Part shown: positions 60,553 to 64,000 of the stretch, piece by piece
How positions within the stretch are numbered: the stretch's first letter is position 1
How the letters are laid out: each line of letters begins with the position of its first letter
Position numbers and translations under genes: made by a program
Source of the DNA: Centroscyllium fabricii
Lineage: Eukaryota
Reading direction: 5' to 3'
DNA: 64,000 nt
NCBI GenBank assembly: GCA_051313645.2
Contig: JBNRSN020000006.1
Span: 241,862,001-241,926,000, forward strand
The notes under the pieces: generated by a model
Told to the model about the DNA's origin: nothing
Seen by the model: only the letters and a program-made list of their open reading frames with translations
Database searches by the model: none

Positions 60553-60905
60553 CCTTCCCGTATCCTGCTCTCGCTAGTCTTCCTGTATCCTGCTCACTCT
60601 GGCCTTCCCGTATCCTGCTCACTCTAGTCTTCCTGTATCCTGCTCACTCTGGCCTTCCCGTATCCTGCTCATGCTAGTCTTCCCGTATCCTGCTCATGCT
60701 AGTCTTCCCGTATCCTGCTCACTCTGGCCTTCCCGTATCCTGCTCACTCTGGCCTTCCCGTATCCTGCTCACTCTAGTCTTCCCGTATCCTGCTCACGCT
60801 AGTCTTCCCGTATCCTGCTCACTCTGGCCTTCCCGTATCCTGCTCACTCTAGTCTTCCCGTATTCTGCTCACTCTAGTCTTCCCCATCCTGCTCACTCTG
60901 GCCTG
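60553..60905. repeat. 25-bp minisatellite, right part
   Basis: Same unit, resuming in register after the TSD. Confidence 0.95.
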
Positions 60906-60910
60906 CTTCT

Positions 60911-61190
60911 TGTGGTAACCCTGTATTTTACCACTTGTGTATATAATGATTGTACCAGTAAGGACCTTACTGCATTACTGTATATATCTGTACATACCTG
61001 TATATACCTGGCTGCAGGAACTGCCCCGCCTCTAACTCCTCCCCTCAGGTCGGAGTACATAGGTGGCTGCTCACCATCCCCCGGTCATTTACCGTCCTGA
61101 GCTCAGCCAAAGACCAGCTCTGTTCTTTCGTTAATAAAAGCCTTTAGTTGAGGTAACTATTCGTCTTTGAGTCTTATTGACGATACGTCA
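60911..61190 (+). mobile_element. Solo LTR
   Basis: TGTGGTAACC...GACGATACGTCA termini, AATAAA, exact 5-bp TSD CTTCT (60906-60910 / 61191-61195). Confidence 0.85.
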
Positions 61191-63102
61191 CTTCTATAAT
61201 GCACGCTCTGGCGTACAGACTGTACACCTTTTATGCTCACCCTGACCTGCCCCATCTTGCTCACCCAAGCTGCTCCAATCCTGCCTGCACCGGCATGCCC
61301 CTGTGCTCTCACCCTGGCCTGCCCTTCTCTGCTTGCTCTGGCCTGCCCCCATCGTTCCTACTGGCCTGCCCCACTGAACCCTCTGGCTGTATTTGGATTT
61401 TCACGCCAATGACACAAGTCCTTTTATTTAATCTTCCCAGCGTTTACTATGTACAGCACTCTGCATTTAACCAGCCAGGCTGTATCACATTACCAGCCAG
61501 ACATATCTGCTAATGCTTCAGGCACAGCAGGAGAGGCAATGGAGATTCAGGGGAAGACTATTTATACTAACTTGGGTTCGATCCAATAACTTTGGGAGGA
61601 CTTTTTTCAACATTTTCAATCAGTGTTTGGAAGAGATGATTTAATTCATTTAAAAAGAACTCTTCTTTTCCACCAGCTTCATCAGTACATTTGTCTCCTT
61701 TGCAGTGTTAATTTAGTAGCAAGATTATAAAGAAGACTAAAAGAAAAATTGTGAATTTTCAGCTACAGTGTGAGTGTGCCCTCTGTTTATAATCAAAGGG
61801 ATGCTGTCGTTAAGGAGAAAGAAAGCATGTGCTTCAATGCAGTTCACATCCTTGCTTGCATTGTTTGGCAACCTCTTTTCTGTGTCGATGATATAAATTC
61901 CATTGGAATGTGTCCTTGTTTCTAAAAAAAAGTATCTGTGTCACATAGATTGAGAAAGATATCGAGGTGCAGATCTTCTGCTGTCCTTTGACTTTGAGCT
62001 AGAGCCCACGTTTCTATGGAAAGGCATAACACAGAATAGCAGATCTACACAAACAAGGAAACAGTCACATTTGATCCAGGATCTGTGTTGAATTAGCTGA
62101 TCCCAGCAGGGCTGCGGTAAGGGTGTGTAGATGTGTCCTCAGAGTCACCGTGTTCCTGCCCCCGATCACAAGCCAGTGACACCTGTTGGAATCGCATATG
62201 CGTGAACGTCAAGCGAGAATGGGATCAGGCACAGCTGTGATGCCTCGCCGAGGCTGAACAACCTGCTCAAACTCACTTACACAGGAATAATTGGCGATTG
62301 GGCAGGGGGTGCCTGTGGAAAGCAAGGAACCAACAGCCTCCAGAGACAATTTACAAGATTAGAGGTGAAGCAAATGCTCCCGAAGGCTTGTTTGGCAAAT
62401 AGACCGTCTAGCATGGTACTAACAAAACAGAAAAAGTCCAACTTTTGATTCCCATTTTGTGCTTGAGCTAGTTGATCTCAGTCAGAGAGACAGTGGGGCG
62501 TTACAATTGCCCTTGCAGCTCTCGGGTTAGGAAGGCTTCCTCGGAGAATGGATCAGTAGCTTGGTGCGGTCTCCAGAGCTTTTGTTGCTAAGCTTCGAGT
62601 GGCTCTGAGAGATGAATTTCTTTCACCCCAGTCACTGGGGAGGACAGCGTTAAAAAAATAAACATAAAATGTTCTGACAGACGCAAACCGTTTTCAAATT
62701 TGTTCGGGAGTTTTGTTTTGCTGCTTATCTCTCCCGAATTACATCCTCCCTGGGTTATGTAACACGGGTTACAGACCTGCCTGTAAGCGACGCCGTCAGC
62801 AGATAGAACAAACTCAGGAAATGATGACTGAGTCTTGCAGATAACAGGTGTCGAAGGCAACGTCATTTACTGGCTGACCAAATTTCAGACTGGAAATATG
62901 TTTCCCACTATAGGTGCAGAATCTCAACAACATGCTTCGTACATAGTGCTCAGTCGATGGCAATTTTGCCTCTTGAGAAAGAAAACTGTGGGTTTAAGCC
63001 CCATCTCAGGACTTGAGCACACAATTGTTATCATCTGGAATGCACTGAAAGGGTGGTGGGAGAAGATTCAATAGCAACTATCAAAAGGGAATTGGATATA
63101 TA

Positions 63103-63447
63103 CAGGTTGAGCACCGTTAATCCGGACACCGGTAATCCGCTAATTTCAGTCGTCCGGAATGAATCCGGCCGACTGGTCTGCGCATGCGTGAGCCTCTCCC
63201 CGACTGCCAGACTGGTCTGTGCATGCGCGAAATGGCTGCCGCGCTTGGCTGCGCATGCCCAGGCCTCCCCGAATGATTGAAGCTTCGGCGAGCGCATGCG
63301 CAGACCATTCAAAATGGCTGCCGTGAAGGCCGGTGGCCATTTTGAATGGTCTGCGGATGCGCTCGCCGAAGCTTCAATTGTTCGGAGTTTTCACTTGTCC
63401 AGCACCGGCCTGGTCCTGCCCGTTCCAGATTAACGGTGTCGGACCTG
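63103..63447. mobile_element. Tigger/pogo-like MITE, copy 3, inserted in a CR1 3' fragment (~63030-63585)
   Basis: CAGGTTGAGCACCGTTAATCCGG ... CCAGATTAACGGTGTCGGACCTG, TA on both sides. The CR1 text GAATTGGATATATA|CTTAAAAGG rejoins across it. Confidence 0.85.
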
Positions 63448-63794
63448 TACTTAAAAAGGAAACATTTTCAGGGCTATAGGGAAAGAGCAGGGGAGCGAGA
63501 CTGAATAGCTAGCTCTTTCAAAGAGCCAGCACAGGCACAATGGGCAGAATATCCACCTGCTGTGCTGTAAGATTGTACGATTCTATCAGACTGGCACTCC
63601 TGTGCAGCACTGAGGGGATCCTGCCTTGTTGGAGGTCCCACGCTTTTGCCCAAGCTTCCTGAAGTGCTGTTTCATGAGCACCAGGTGCCCGCTACATTGC
63701 CCAAGTGGCTATTTTCTACACATAAAGCGAGGGCTTCCCTCCCTCACCTCGATGGGTCAGTGTGGTAAATGCACTGGTTGGTGTGGCACGGAGT

Positions 63795-64000
63795 CACATT
63801 TCCTCTGGTGGGGGGAACCCAGAACAAGGGAACACAGCCTGAAAATTAGACCGAGGCCATTCAGGAGTGAAATCAGGAAGTACTTTTTCACATAAGGGGA
63901 AATCTGCAACTTGCTCCCCAAAAAGGCTGTAGTTGCTGGGGGTCAATTGAAATTTTGAGATTGAGAGTGATAGAGTTTTTTTTAGGTAAGGGTATTAATG
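63795..64000 (+). mobile_element. CR1-type LINE 3' fragment, running off the window end
   Basis: GEPRTREHSLKIRPRPFRSEIRKYFFT. Confidence 0.7.

Noticed and set aside
53056-60905. Repeat array plus adjacent RT/integrase as a CRISPR-, retron- or DGR-like system
   Set aside because: The RT belongs to an ordinary Gypsy element whose 4-bp TSD shows it inserted into a pre-existing minisatellite; there are no spacers and no template/variable repeat pair.

Overview
Vertebrate genomic DNA, almost certainly from a cartilaginous fish (shark): it is dense with HE1/V-SINE, SacSINE1/Deu-SINE and CR1(HER1)-type repeats. It holds one host gene, CSRNP1 (AXUD1), on the minus strand. There are four coding exons with canonical GT-AG junctions in consistent phase (23060-22838, 19439-19180, 17698-17402, 12186-11155; 603 aa), a probable GC-rich non-coding first exon ending at 44403 and a ~4.85 kb AU-rich 3'UTR. 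The rest is a layered collection of mobile DNA. It includes a near-intact CsRn1-clade Gypsy LTR element (CHCC gag, tRNA-Trp PBS, 245-bp LTRs with 2 differences) inside a 25-bp minisatellite, and an RTEX-like LINE nested in a Harbinger-like element. It also has two solo LTRs, three Tigger/pogo-like MITEs (one carrying a 31-bp NRF1+YY1-motif array), palindromic Penelope-type elements with hammerhead-ribozyme cores, a 5S-rRNA-derived SINE-like insert, a LINE apparently sharing both ends with a tRNA-headed SINE, and a 4.6-kb 26-bp satellite with a 1.88-kb higher-order duplication in intron 1. Repeat family names come from recognition by eye, not from database searches, and repeat boundaries are approximate unless TSD/TIR-defined.
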